Source: Gammaproteobacteria bacterium (lineage in GTDB: Bacteria > Pseudomonadota > Gammaproteobacteria > Eutrophobiales > Eutrophobiaceae). From it: a stretch of 64,000 bases of DNA. The translations under genes and the position numbers were made by a program. The DNA lies in NCBI GenBank assembly GCA_965221695.1, contig OZ244905.1:3296001-3360000 (forward strand), read 5' to 3'. Position 1 is the stretch's first letter. The number at the start of each line of letters is the position of its first letter. Shown one piece after another: positions 1-10,026 of the stretch. A model generated the notes under the pieces. That model had not been told where the DNA came from. It made no database searches and was given only the letters and a program-made list of their open reading frames with translations.

Positions 1-577
1 ATTCTACAATGACTACCAGGACTTGCAACTGAGCAGCTTTTCGGCAACCGCAAGCGGCGGGTTTGCGACGGTGTTCACGAATGCCGGCAAGGCTGAAAAC
101 TGGGGATTTGAAGCCGAATTACTTGCCAACCCGACGCCGAATTTTCTGGCAAGCCTCAGTATTGGTTATCTTGAGTCGGAATACGAAGAGTTTATCAATA
201 GCGCAAACGAAGATGTCAGTGACATGTTGACTCCTATTAACTCCCCTGAATTAACGGGCAACCTGGGCGTACAATACCGCCATCCGCTGGGTTTTGCGCA
301 TTTGGTCCTGGGCGCGGATATCAGTTACCGATCCGATTATTTCGTGGACATCAATAACCTGGATGCCCTGGAACAGGATGATTTTGCGCTGGTTAACGCA
401 TCGATCGGCCTGGAGGATGAAAACGGCAAATGGCACGTGTCTTTCAGCGCAAAAAACCTGACAGATGAAGAGTATATCACCCATGGTTTTGACCTGACGG
501 CATTTCCGGGCATAGGGCTGGCATATTTCGGACAGCCGCTTACTTACCGGTTTCAGGCACGCTACCGTTTTTTCTAA
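1..577 (+). CDS. TonB-dependent receptor, C-terminal part (gene starts before the window)
   Basis: Frame is open from position 2 (FYNDYQDLQL...). Beta-barrel motifs NAGKAENWGFEAE and AKNLTDEEY; terminal Phe. Confidence 0.9.
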   Translation, partial: FYNDYQDLQLSSFSATASGGFATVFTNAGKAENWGFEAELLANPTPNFLASLSIGYLESEYEEFINSANEDVSDMLTPINSPELTGNLGVQYRHPLGFAHLVLGADISYRSDYFVDINNLDALEQDDFALVNASIGLEDENGKWHVSFSAKNLTDEEYITHGFDLTAFPGIGLAYFGQPLTYRFQARYRFF

Positions 578-662
578 GATTCTGGTTATACAGATTATTG
601 CTTCATGGCCTATCTGTGTATCATTGAGACGGGATGCCCATAATCTATTCTAAGGAACGCTG

Positions 663-2243
663 TTGGACGTTTTCAGTGGAAATCTGACTGATCTTGCGGG
701 ACGTCGGGCTTTGTATTCGCCGGACCGGATTGCGTTTGTCGATTTTAGACATGGCAAACGCACCGAGTACAGTTTCCGATATTTCAACGAAAGAGCGAAC
801 CGACTCGCGGCCTGGTTTAGCGCTATGGACGCTGTTCGGGGAGACCGGGTTGCAGTGTTGGCGGACAACGGCATTGAGCACTTGGAATGTTGTTTTGCCA
901 GTTGGAAACTCGGCGTGATTCATGTGCCGCTTAACTGGCGAGCCAGCGCTGCTGAGTTGGCGCATTTTCTGCAAACCACCATGCCGAAATGCATCATTGT
1001 TCAGGAAAAATTCCAGGACTTACTCAACAGGGCCACAACAACCTGTCAATCCGCTACCTCAATGCAAATCGTCACTATCAGCGAAAACGCAGGCTGCGAC
1101 TATGAAGCCATCATCTCCGGAACTGAGCAATGCCCTGCATTCCCGAGTCCGGCGAAGACAAAGCCGGAAGATACGGCCGTCATATTATTCACCGGCGGGA
1201 CCACCGGGCATCCTAAAGCAGTGTGTATCAGTCACCAAAATATTGCCTGGAATACATTGAATACCACTATTCACGATATCAGGGAGGATGATCGGTGTTT
1301 AAATGTATTGCCCTTATTTCATACAGGCGGCCTCCTGGTTTATACGATACCGCTGTTTGTATTGGGCGGTACAACCGTATTATTAAGGAGTTTTGATGCG
1401 GATGAGACCTTAAACAAGCTGGAAGAGGAAAAGGTTACTGTATTCCTGTCCGTACCGACGATTTATCGTATGTTGTCGGAATGTGTCGGTTGGCAGACAG
1501 CAGAGCTGAGTAGCTTGCGATTTTGCACCTCTGGCGGCGCGACATTACCTCTGGGTTTGATCAAACGTTACGAAACCGACAAAGGAATCTGTTTCAAGCA
1601 GGGTTTCGGTATGACGGAGTTCGGGCCGGGGGTGTTCGCTTTGTCTCCTCTGGATGCGCAGCGCAAGGCTGGGTCCATAGGCAAACCGAATTTTTTTGTG
1701 CAAGCCCGGATAACCGATGCGGGTCGGGAGCGCCAGGAAAATCATGAAGGCGAGTTATTATTGAAAGGGCCGTCCTGTTGCAGCGGATATTTTACCGCTG
1801 ATGGCCGGATACTCGAAGCCGTTGATGAAGATGGCTGGTTGCATACGGGTGATGTGGCGCGCCGTGATCAAGAAGGATTTTATTATATTGTCGGGCGCAA
1901 AAAAGATATGTTTATCAGTGGCGGTGAGAACGTCTATCCGTATGAGATTGAGCAGGCCGCGCTGGCTTATGCAGGAGTACGTTACTGTGCCGTGGTCGGT
2001 CTACCTGACGAACAATGGGGCGAAGCAGGCCACCTGGCGCTGGTACCGGAAGAACCTGCGACAGACTTTGACGCCGATGGAATGTTGAGCTTTCTTCAGC
2101 AGCGGCTGGCGCGTTATAAAATACCCAGGAAAGTGCATGTCCTGCCGGAATTGCCGATGACCGCTGCGGGAAAAGTCATGAAGCAGGAATTGAAACAGAA
2201 ACTACAGGCGCTGCAAGCTGATGCCGATTGCCAGGATCGTTGA
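663..2243 (+). CDS. Acyl-CoA synthetase / AMP-dependent ligase
   Basis: AMP-binding motifs FTGGTTGHPKAV, GFGMTE, LHTGD, FISGGENVYP, AGKVMK; TTG start. Confidence 0.9.
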   Translation: MDVFSGNLTDLAGRRALYSPDRIAFVDFRHGKRTEYSFRYFNERANRLAAWFSAMDAVRGDRVAVLADNGIEHLECCFASWKLGVIHVPLNWRASAAELAHFLQTTMPKCIIVQEKFQDLLNRATTTCQSATSMQIVTISENAGCDYEAIISGTEQCPAFPSPAKTKPEDTAVILFTGGTTGHPKAVCISHQNIAWNTLNTTIHDIREDDRCLNVLPLFHTGGLLVYTIPLFVLGGTTVLLRSFDADETLNKLEEEKVTVFLSVPTIYRMLSECVGWQTAELSSLRFCTSGGATLPLGLIKRYETDKGICFKQGFGMTEFGPGVFALSPLDAQRKAGSIGKPNFFVQARITDAGRERQENHEGELLLKGPSCCSGYFTADGRILEAVDEDGWLHTGDVARRDQEGFYYIVGRKKDMFISGGENVYPYEIEQAALAYAGVRYCAVVGLPDEQWGEAGHLALVPEEPATDFDADGMLSFLQQRLARYKIPRKVHVLPELPMTAAGKVMKQELKQKLQALQADADCQDR

Positions 2244-3255
2244 AACGCCGCGCATAAAATTCAAGGTCCTGACCAGCGGCGAACCGGCAGAGGAGACGGT
2301 CGTGTTTATTCATGGCAACCTGTCGTCCTCCGTCTTTTGGGAACAGACGATGTCTGCATTGCGGGATGACTTTTTCTGTATCGCGCCTGATCTTCGCGGC
2401 TTTGGCGGCACGGAGCCTTTGAAAGTGGACGCTACACTGGGTCTGGACGATATGGCAGAAGACATTCTTGCCTTGGTCGACTTTCTGAAAGTGTCCAAAT
2501 TTCACCTGGTAGGACACAGTATGGGGGGCGGAGTGGTGATGAAACTGCTGCTGTTACGACCGCAGGATATCAGTAGTGTAACCCTGGTTAATACGATTTC
2601 TCCTTATGGCTATGCCGGTTCAATTGACGATAAGGGGACGCCTTGTTATGCGGACGGGTCGCCGGGAGGAGCCGGGTTTGTCAACCCTGAATTGGTACGG
2701 CGTCTGGCCATCAGAGATAGGAGCAAGGAAAATTCCCTGTCGCCACGTAACGTTCTTGAGAAATTGTATTTCAAACCCCCTTTTGTTCCGAACGATATCG
2801 ATAAATTATTGGATGCTGTCCTGTCCACGCGTATCGGTGACGATTGGTATCCTGGGAACACGATGGAATCATCGTTTTGGCCTGGTCCTGCGCCAGGCGA
2901 GCGCGGCATCGTCAATGCATTTTCCCGACGTTATTTTGATGCTTCCGGCATCGTATACATTTCACCCAAGCCACCCCTGCTGTGGCTGCGCGGCGCGGAT
3001 GACACGATCATTTGTGATGAAGATGAATTAAGGAATTCCGATGTAAAACAAGCAAATCGTAGGCAGGCAGCATATCCTCCACAACCTATGCTACGCCAGA
3101 TTCGCGCTGTGCTTTCGGACTATCGCAGGCATGGCGGGGTTTTTATTGAGCATGTCATCAAAGCAGCCGGACATACGCCTTTTTTGGAGAAACCCGCTGA
3201 ATTCAACCGGACATTCCTGAATTTTACGCGTCTCGGTTCGCGAAACCCGACTTAA
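2221..3255 (+). CDS. Alpha/beta hydrolase
   Basis: HGN oxyanion motif, PDLRGFG, nucleophile elbow GHSMGG, catalytic His in AGHTPF. Confidence 0.9.
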   Translation: MPIARIVETPRIKFKVLTSGEPAEETVVFIHGNLSSSVFWEQTMSALRDDFFCIAPDLRGFGGTEPLKVDATLGLDDMAEDILALVDFLKVSKFHLVGHSMGGGVVMKLLLLRPQDISSVTLVNTISPYGYAGSIDDKGTPCYADGSPGGAGFVNPELVRRLAIRDRSKENSLSPRNVLEKLYFKPPFVPNDIDKLLDAVLSTRIGDDWYPGNTMESSFWPGPAPGERGIVNAFSRRYFDASGIVYISPKPPLLWLRGADDTIICDEDELRNSDVKQANRRQAAYPPQPMLRQIRAVLSDYRRHGGVFIEHVIKAAGHTPFLEKPAEFNRTFLNFTRLGSRNPT

Positions 3256-3260
3256 GTTAG

Positions 3261-3413
3261 GGAACCTCTGATTAAGTCTCAGAGGTTCCTGCGATACAGG
3301 GATGTATCGCCAAATTCGATGACGATAAGTCATTGAATTTGAGAGCAAAACAAAAATCGCATTTTTGTTTTGCGTGCTCTGACAAGTCCAGGATGGACTT
3401 GTTCAGAGCTTCC
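3261..3413. mobile_element. MITE (hairpin-array family), full-length copy 1
   Basis: TIR GGAACCTCTGA...TCAGAGCTTCC flanked by a TTAG duplication (3257-3260, 3414-3417); near-identical copy at 40364-40514. Confidence 0.85.
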
Positions 3414-3437
3414 TTAGAACTTTCTGAGATATCCGGG

Positions 3438-3794
3438 TTAAGGGCCAAGCCTGCCCTTACGTACCCGGGAACCGGTTTCAGATAGGCCGTAATGCTTGCT
3501 GAGGTAATCGAGAATATCCCATTCAGCTTCTCCCAGGTCCCATAAGCCGTGCTCGGCCTGCATCAGGCGGATGGTATCTTCCCAGCCGCTTCGGTCCATC
3601 CTGTTCTGGGTCACGAGTTTGGCCGAATGGCAGGCCGCGCAATGCACGTTGGTGAGTTCCCAACCTTTATCGATAATGAAGCCGCTGACTTCATCTAAGG
3701 GTTTGTCTTCGGCAACAGAAGCGCAGGGGGCTGCCAGCACGCAAATGATTGGCAGTATCGCGGTTAAACCACGTAGACGGCGATGCGGTGGCAT
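3438..3794 (-). CDS. Monoheme c-type cytochrome, SorB/SorU-like partner of sulfite dehydrogenase
   Basis: Signal peptide, CAACH heme motif, overlaps the end of the molybdoenzyme gene. Confidence 0.8.
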   Translation of the reverse strand: MPPHRRLRGLTAILPIICVLAAPCASVAEDKPLDEVSGFIIDKGWELTNVHCAACHSAKLVTQNRMDRSGWEDTIRLMQAEHGLWDLGEAEWDILDYLSKHYGLSETGSRVRKGRLGP

Positions 3795-5065
3795 GAATTG
3801 TTCAGGTATCCCTTGGGGTTCCAGCCAGGAATGACCATGGGTTGCGATATGCCACCGGCATCCACTGCCCGCGCCCAGACCTCGTAATAGCCCGCGGCGG
3901 GAAATCTTACCTGCGAGTCCCAGTGTTGCCAGGCCAGGCGGTTCGCGGGACGTTGCAATTCAGACCGGCGCCAGGTGCGTCCGAAATCGATGGAGATGTG
4001 CAATTCGGCGACTTCTGCGTTGCCTGCCCAGGCGTGACCGCGCAGCGCCAGCGGCTGTTGCAGCGGGATTGTCAGGCCGCTACGGGGGGCGGTAATCAGT
4101 GACTTGACCGGCATGGATTCGATGATGCACATGTCTTCATCAGCGACTTTTGTCCCCGGCGCGACAGGATTGCAGGGCATGCGGTAGGACTTGCCCGTCA
4201 TTTTCGGGCCGTCATGCACAATGTTGCGTACTGCGATTCGAGTCAGCCACTTCCCTGAGGTCGAGCCCGGCCAGCCACCGAATACCAGGCGCAGCGGATG
4301 GCCGTTCATCGGGTGCAACGGTTCACCATTCATGCCCCAGGCTATCAGGGATTCCTCTTCCAGCGCCTTGCTGACGGGCACGCCGCGGGAGATGGGGATT
4401 TTCCCCGGTTGCCGGCTCAAGTGGACATCGGCGCCGTAATACGCGACATATACGGCATCGTCTTTGATACCGGCATCTTCCAGCACATCCCGAAGGCGCA
4501 CGCCGTTCCATTGCGGACAACCCACCGCGCCCAGGGTCCACTGGTTGCCGGAAGCAGGGGGGTCAAATTCGGCCCTGCCGTTACCGCCGCATTCCAGGGT
4601 CAGTTGCAGGGTCCGGCTGAGGAATCGCCGCTTGAGCTCTGATATGCTGTAGGTCTTCGTTGTTGCGGCCGATTCGCCGTCCACGGTCAGGGTCCAGGTA
4701 TCGGCATCGACGTTCTCGGGTGGAAAGCCGTTGTTTCGGATAAACAGCCGTTCCACGGGCGTGACGTCATCATTCAGCAAATGGGCCGGTGTTTCCGCAT
4801 TCAGCGGACGGTCGTTCAACACCCGCAAGCCGTTTTTTCCTTCTATGACGAACGGCTCTTCCGAATCGGCGAATACCGCGGGTATCAGACCGGCAGGCAT
4901 ATTGTGGTGGAAAACAACGTTTGCTCCTATGATGCCGGAAAAGCCCGCCAACCCTTTGATGAAACCGCGCCGGGAGAACCTATCAGAACGTCTGCCCCAT
5001 ACCAGGAAATCGGCTCTTTCCGGGTCCATTCTGAACAATTCATGGATGCCAGCTTCTTTTTTCAT
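3764..5065 (-). CDS. Sulfite oxidase-family molybdoenzyme (SorA/SorT-like)
   Basis: Tat motif SRRGFIK; FIRNNG, LECGGNGR (Mo-ligand Cys), GHPLRL, SGKWL; C-terminal dimerisation domain. Confidence 0.9.
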   Translation of the reverse strand: MKKEAGIHELFRMDPERADFLVWGRRSDRFSRRGFIKGLAGFSGIIGANVVFHHNMPAGLIPAVFADSEEPFVIEGKNGLRVLNDRPLNAETPAHLLNDDVTPVERLFIRNNGFPPENVDADTWTLTVDGESAATTKTYSISELKRRFLSRTLQLTLECGGNGRAEFDPPASGNQWTLGAVGCPQWNGVRLRDVLEDAGIKDDAVYVAYYGADVHLSRQPGKIPISRGVPVSKALEEESLIAWGMNGEPLHPMNGHPLRLVFGGWPGSTSGKWLTRIAVRNIVHDGPKMTGKSYRMPCNPVAPGTKVADEDMCIIESMPVKSLITAPRSGLTIPLQQPLALRGHAWAGNAEVAELHISIDFGRTWRRSELQRPANRLAWQHWDSQVRFPAAGYYEVWARAVDAGGISQPMVIPGWNPKGYLNNSCHRIAVYVV

Positions 5066-5157
5066 TGCTCGTTCTCAAAGAGTCGTCATTCAAACGACAT
5101 GGTATTTGAGTTAACTCCCGTCTGCGCGGGATTGGTGTGGAGAGCTTCGGGTTCCTT

Positions 5158-5182
5158 GGAAGCGCGGGCGTCTCGCCTGCGT
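5158..5182. repeat. REP-like palindrome (GGGAGCGCGGGCGTCTCGCC family)
   Basis: GGAAGCGCGGGCGTCTCGCCTGC; related copies at 37968-37995 and 40625-40701. Confidence 0.5.
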
Positions 5183-5317
5183 GTGCCGGCCCGCCATATT
5201 CATACATGTTATCAGCGTTCATCTGCGAATTAAAATTGGCCTTTCACAAAATCGCTTACAATTGCATAATAGTATATTTTAAATCCGGGTTAAACTTCCT
5301 CAGGAGGGGAGTCAACC

Positions 5318-5773
5318 ATGAATAATCCAAGAATGCCGTCAAATGTGCCTGATTTTGTTACCGACCACCTGAGCCGTTATATGAACAGTGGCGGCAAGGA
5401 TGGACACCTGTGGGATTCTACAGGGATGGGCGATCATGGTGACATACCCACCCTGCTGTTGACTACGGTCGGGAGAAGGACCGGACAAACTATCATTACC
5501 CCGCTGATATACGGCAACGCCGGTGGAGCTTATGTGGTCGTGGCCTCAAAAGGTGGAGCGCCCATCCATCCGCACTGGTATCTGAACCTGGAGGCAAATC
5601 CGGATGTCCAGGTACAGATAATGACCGAGCGCTTCCATGCCCGAGCCAGAACGGCCGCCGGAGAAGAACGCGCTAAACTCTGGGATTTGATGATATCGGT
5701 CTACCCGACCTACACGCAGTTGCAGGGCAGGACTGAACGTGAGATCCCGGTTGTAGTCCTGGAAAAGGTATAA
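5318..5773 (+). CDS. Deazaflavin (F420)-dependent nitroreductase-family oxidoreductase (Ddn/FDOR-A-like)
   Basis: LLLTTVGRRTG, VASKGGAPIHPHWYLNLEANP, REIPVVVLE; strong SD. Confidence 0.9.
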   Translation: MNNPRMPSNVPDFVTDHLSRYMNSGGKDGHLWDSTGMGDHGDIPTLLLTTVGRRTGQTIITPLIYGNAGGAYVVVASKGGAPIHPHWYLNLEANPDVQVQIMTERFHARARTAAGEERAKLWDLMISVYPTYTQLQGRTEREIPVVVLEKV

Positions 5774-5810
5774 AGTTGCGCGCGCGACGGACCGTTAGTG
5801 CGACAACATC

Positions 5811-6890
5811 ATGACTCGCCCGGTAAAAGCCTATATCGATACCCGGGCCTTGCGCCGCAACTATCAGCTTGCTTGCGCTCTCACGCCCGGTTCCCGCAAT
5901 ATGGCCGTAGTGAAAGCCAATGCTTATGGGCATGGCGCGGCAATTATCGCTCAGGCATTGGATGATCTGGCGCCTGCTTTTGCAGTGGCCGGTGTGGATG
6001 AGGCGCTTGAGTTGCGGGATGCAGGGATCAGCAAGCCTGTACTGTTGCTGGAAGGACCGTTCGCGCCGGATGAGGTAAGCATTGCGCAAGAACAGGGATT
6101 TTGGTTGATGATCTGCTGCAGAGAGCAGGTTGAGGTGATTTGCCGGGCCGATATCAGGAACCCGTTAACGGTCTGGCTCAAGATTGACTCCGGTATGCAC
6201 CGGTTAGGGATCGCCGAAGATGAGTTTTGCGCCTGTCTTGCGGCGCTTTCGGCAAGCCCGAATACCTTGCCCGGTATCATACTATCCACTCATCTGGCGG
6301 ATGCGCACAATGTATCCGGGCAGAAAACTCCCGCACAGGTCAGCTTTTTTCAGCGTCTGGTTTCAGGTCTGGACAATCCGCTAAGCATCGCCAATTCAGC
6401 CGGCATCCTGTGCTGGCCCGCTACTCACGGAGACTGGAATCGTCCGGGCCTCATGCTTTACGGCGCATCGCCTTTTCCACACCCCCAGGAAAATGCAGAC
6501 CGGTTGGAACCGGTCATGACGCTACAATCCGCCGTGATTGCCGTACGCAAGATTGCAGCCGGCGAATCAGTCGGTTATGGCAGCCGCTGGGTTGCGCAGC
6601 GGCCTTCAGTCATTGCCACTGCCAGCGTCGGCTACGGCGATGGCTATCCCAGGAGTGCGGTTGACGGCGCTCCCGTGTTGGTGAATGGAAAAAAAGCGCG
6701 CCTTGCCGGCAGCGTGTCCATGGACATGATCACGCTTGATGTCACCGACTTGGAAGATGTAAAGATCGGCGACCCAGTTGAATTATGGGGCAAATCATTG
6801 CCTCTCGGCGATCTGGCCCGATATGCCGATGCCATCTGCCATGAACTCCTCACCCGCGTGTCTGTGCGGGTACCCAGAGTCCCGGTGTAA
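5811..6890 (+). CDS. alr: Alanine racemase
   Basis: AVVKANAYGHG (PLP Lys), KIDSGMHRLG, RPGLMLYG, VSMDM. Confidence 0.95.
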   Translation: MTRPVKAYIDTRALRRNYQLACALTPGSRNMAVVKANAYGHGAAIIAQALDDLAPAFAVAGVDEALELRDAGISKPVLLLEGPFAPDEVSIAQEQGFWLMICCREQVEVICRADIRNPLTVWLKIDSGMHRLGIAEDEFCACLAALSASPNTLPGIILSTHLADAHNVSGQKTPAQVSFFQRLVSGLDNPLSIANSAGILCWPATHGDWNRPGLMLYGASPFPHPQENADRLEPVMTLQSAVIAVRKIAAGESVGYGSRWVAQRPSVIATASVGYGDGYPRSAVDGAPVLVNGKKARLAGSVSMDMITLDVTDLEDVKIGDPVELWGKSLPLGDLARYADAICHELLTRVSVRVPRVPV

Positions 6891-7059
6891 ACAGGTTGTC
6901 TGCGCGCCTGTGTCTCCGCTTGTCTTCTTCAGAACGCATGTGTTCCGCCCGCGCTTTCAGGGGAAGCGGCATGAAAAAAGTATGCTTCTTCTCGGAGAGT
7001 TGCCATCTGGGTGTTACAAGCCTGATCCGTACTATGTATCTGTGTTAATATGTCGCTGC

Positions 7060-7166
7060 GGCCTGCGCCGGTCTCCCCGCGGCGCGAAGTTGTGAACCCC
7101 GTCAGGCCCGAAAGGGAGCAGCGGTAACAATGGATGCGGGCGCCGGGCCAAGAACGGCGCAGGACG
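7060..7166 (+). ncRNA. ffs: Signal recognition particle 4.5S RNA
   Basis: Domain IV motif GTCAGGCCCGAAAGGGAGCAGC (7101-7122); closing stem CCTGCGCCG/CGGCGCAGG; typical position upstream of dnaX. Ends are approximate. Confidence 0.9.
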
Positions 7167-7196
7167 TTATATCCGGGCAAGCTTCAGGAGTATGAA

Positions 7197-8834
7197 ATGA
7201 GCTATCAAGTTCTCGCGCGCAAGTGGCGGCCGCGCCAATTCAGCGACATGGTCGGACAAGGTCACGTGCTCAAGGCGCTGGTGAATGCGCTGGATTCCGG
7301 CAGGTTGCACCATGCCTACCTGTTTGCAGGCACACGCGGGGTAGGTAAGACGACTCTCGCGCGCATTGTGGCAAAATGTCTCAACTGTGAAACCGGGCTT
7401 AGTTCCAAGCCCTGTGGTCAGTGTGACGCCTGTGTCGGGATTGATGAGGGCCGTTTTGTGGATTTAATCGAGGTCGACGCGGCTTCGCGGGCAAAAGTGG
7501 ATGAGACCCGAGAGCTAATGGACAACGTTCAGTATGCGCCGACGGTTGGCAGGCACAAGGTCTATCTCATCGATGAAGCGCACATGTTTTCAAAACACAG
7601 TTTCAATGCTCTGTTGAAGACGCTTGAGGAACCTCCTGGCCATGTAAAGTTCCTGCTGGCGACCACCGAACCCAAGACGATTCCGATCACTATCCTGTCA
7701 CGCTGTCTGCAGTTCAACCTTAAACGCCTGGGAGTGGAACAGATAGAGGGACAGTTGAATAAAATTCTCCAGGAGGAACATATACCTGCTGAGGATTCCT
7801 GCGCCAGGCTGATCGCCCACGCTGCTGACGGCAGTATGCGCGACGCGCTTAGCCTGCTAGATCAAGCTGTATCCTACGGCAATGGCGAGCTGGAGTCCGC
7901 TCAGGTCAGAGATATGCTGGGCACGATAGACGGCGAGGAATTGGGCTCATTGCTGACGGATATCATCGAACAGGATACTGCAGCCATGCTCGCGCGTGTT
8001 AACAGAATGGACGAGCTATCCCCTGATTACGACGGCATGCTGTGTGGCCTGTTATCCATTCTGCACGATACCGCTGTCGCACAGGTTCTGCCGGACAACT
8101 CCGATATTGTTGACGAGACCTGTCGTGATTTCGCGCGCAGGCTCGATAAGGAAGCGATTCAGCTTTATTACCAGATCGCCCTGAACGGACGCAAAGACTT
8201 GCAAATGGCGCCGGATGCAAAAACTGCATTCGAAATGACCTTGATCCGTATGCTCGCCTTTCATCCCGGGGAACCCTCTGGCGCAATGGAAAATGACAGC
8301 GGGCAGCTTGCCGGAAATACCGTGCCAACCACAGCCGCGCCACCCGCTCAGAGCAACCTCATAGAGCCGACCGTCAGTTCAGCCTCCAAGGCTGAACCAA
8401 CCACAACCGCGCCATCTTTCCAGGACCATAGCCAGGGCCAACCGAGACTTGTTGACAATGACGATTGGCACAAGTTGATCGACTCCATGAAGTTGGATGG
8501 ACTGACGAAGGAACTGGCCTCGCACTGTGTCCTGAAGGGGCATAAGGACTACAGGATCAGCCTGATGCTGCATCCGGATCAGGAGTACTTGGCCGCCACT
8601 CGTCAGAAGCACAAGTTGCAAGCTGAACTCAGCGCGCGTTTCGGCGCCGATCTCAGGCTGGCAGTGGAGGTGGAACAGCCTGCCGGGGAAACACCTGCGC
8701 AAAGGAAAGTCCGCAACGAGCTTGAGGCTCAACAGGCCGCCTTGGAAGCCGTTGAGAACGATCCGGACATCAAACTGTTCATGGACACGTTTGATGCGAC
8801 CATTGATAAGGAATCAATCAGGCGCTTGGAGTAG
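7197..8834 (+). CDS. dnaX: DNA polymerase III subunit gamma/tau
   Basis: MSYQVLARKWRP, GTRGVGKTT, IDEAHM, SRC; start moved to the ATG at 7197 after the AGGAG SD. Confidence 0.97.
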   Translation: MSYQVLARKWRPRQFSDMVGQGHVLKALVNALDSGRLHHAYLFAGTRGVGKTTLARIVAKCLNCETGLSSKPCGQCDACVGIDEGRFVDLIEVDAASRAKVDETRELMDNVQYAPTVGRHKVYLIDEAHMFSKHSFNALLKTLEEPPGHVKFLLATTEPKTIPITILSRCLQFNLKRLGVEQIEGQLNKILQEEHIPAEDSCARLIAHAADGSMRDALSLLDQAVSYGNGELESAQVRDMLGTIDGEELGSLLTDIIEQDTAAMLARVNRMDELSPDYDGMLCGLLSILHDTAVAQVLPDNSDIVDETCRDFARRLDKEAIQLYYQIALNGRKDLQMAPDAKTAFEMTLIRMLAFHPGEPSGAMENDSGQLAGNTVPTTAAPPAQSNLIEPTVSSASKAEPTTTAPSFQDHSQGQPRLVDNDDWHKLIDSMKLDGLTKELASHCVLKGHKDYRISLMLHPDQEYLAATRQKHKLQAELSARFGADLRLAVEVEQPAGETPAQRKVRNELEAQQAALEAVENDPDIKLFMDTFDATIDKESIRRLE

Positions 8835-8879
8835 CTTGTGCCCAGAGGTTCCTGACGATTATGAATACAGGAGAAGCGG

Positions 8880-9203
8880 ATGAATAGCGGTTTTGGCGAC
8901 ATAATGAAACAAGCTCAGAAAATGCAGGAAAAGATGCAGCGAGTCCAGGAGGAGATAGCGGCCATGGAGATACAGGGTGAAGCAGGAGCAGGCATGGTTA
9001 AAGTGGTTATGACCGGAAGACATGACGTAAAACGGGTTGAAATAGAATCTTCCCTGCTGACCACCGACAAGGCGATGCTGGAAGACCTGGTCGCCGCCGC
9101 GGTGAATGACGCCAACAGACGGGTAGAGCGGGCTGTCCAGGACAAAATGGCGGGCGTCACTGCCGGAATGGGCTTGCCCGCGGGCTTCAAACTGCCATTC
9201 TGA
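8880..9203 (+). CDS. ybaB: YbaB/EbfC nucleoid-associated protein
   Basis: [29 protein letters not shown]; dnaX-ybaB-recR synteny. Confidence 0.95.
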   Translation: MNSGFGDIMKQAQKMQEKMQRVQEEIAAMEIQGEAGAGMVKVVMTGRHDVKRVEIESSLLTTDKAMLEDLVAAAVNDANRRVERAVQDKMAGVTAGMGLPAGFKLPF

Positions 9204-9274
9204 TATCTGCAAGCGACGCAAATGACCGCAGACTATTGTTGCGAAACGCAGAGGCTGATGAGTGGGACTCGCGC

Positions 9275-9898
9275 ATGAAGCAAGCTGAGCCGCCCAGCTT
9301 GAGCGCCATGATTCAGGCATTGCGCTGCCTGCCTGGAATTGGGAAGAAATCTGCCCAGCGCATCAGTTACCATCTGTTGCAGCGGGATCGGGACGGCGCC
9401 AAAACCCTGGCCTCGGCATTGACGCATGCGATGGAAAACATCGGCAGTTGCGCAAGGTGCCGCAATTTTAGTGAAACCCCGATATGCGACCTGTGCCTGA
9501 GCCAGAAGCGGGATGGTTCGCTGCTTTGCATCGTAGAAAGTCCCGCGGATGTATTCGCCATGGAAGAGGCAGGCTACAACGGAAAGTATTTCGTATTGAT
9601 GGGGCGCCTGTCTCCCTTGGACGGTATCGGACCTCGGGAACTGGGACTGGACAAACTATCCGCATACCTTGCCGGCTCGCCTGAGGATGGGGTCGGCGAC
9701 CGGGTCAGGGAAGTGATTCTCGCCACCAATTCGACCGTGGAAGGCGAGGCGACCGCGCGCTATATCAATGAAATCGTGCGTAAATATCAGATCCACGTGA
9801 CCCGTATTGCGCACGGCGTCCCACTGGGCGGCGAATTGGAATATATCGATAGCGACACGCTCTCCCATGCCCTGAGCGGGCGGCGCGAGATTGCCTGA
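9275..9898 (+). CDS. recR: Recombination mediator RecR
   Basis: [12 protein letters not shown]4 zinc finger, Toprim [19 protein letters not shown]. Confidence 0.95.
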   Translation: MKQAEPPSLSAMIQALRCLPGIGKKSAQRISYHLLQRDRDGAKTLASALTHAMENIGSCARCRNFSETPICDLCLSQKRDGSLLCIVESPADVFAMEEAGYNGKYFVLMGRLSPLDGIGPRELGLDKLSAYLAGSPEDGVGDRVREVILATNSTVEGEATARYINEIVRKYQIHVTRIAHGVPLGGELEYIDSDTLSHALSGRREIA

Positions 9899-10026
9899 CG
9901 ACCAGTACATACACACACGGCGCTGAGGCTCTTCAGGAACCTCTGATTCGATCTCCCGCTATTTCTGTTTTCTGCTATACTCAAAGTTAGCTTGGATTAG
10001 TATTTGCCTCAACAGGAGAAAATCGG

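Noticed and set aside
6891-7059. tRNA upstream of ffs
   Set aside because: No cloverleaf or T-loop/CCA pattern recognised.
7134-7196. N-terminal extension of DnaX in the ORF track
   Set aside because: Overlaps the SRP RNA; the conserved start and SD are at 7197.
7197-8834. Programmed -1 frameshift in dnaX
   Set aside because: No A-AAA-AAG slippery site or long A run seen in the linker region.
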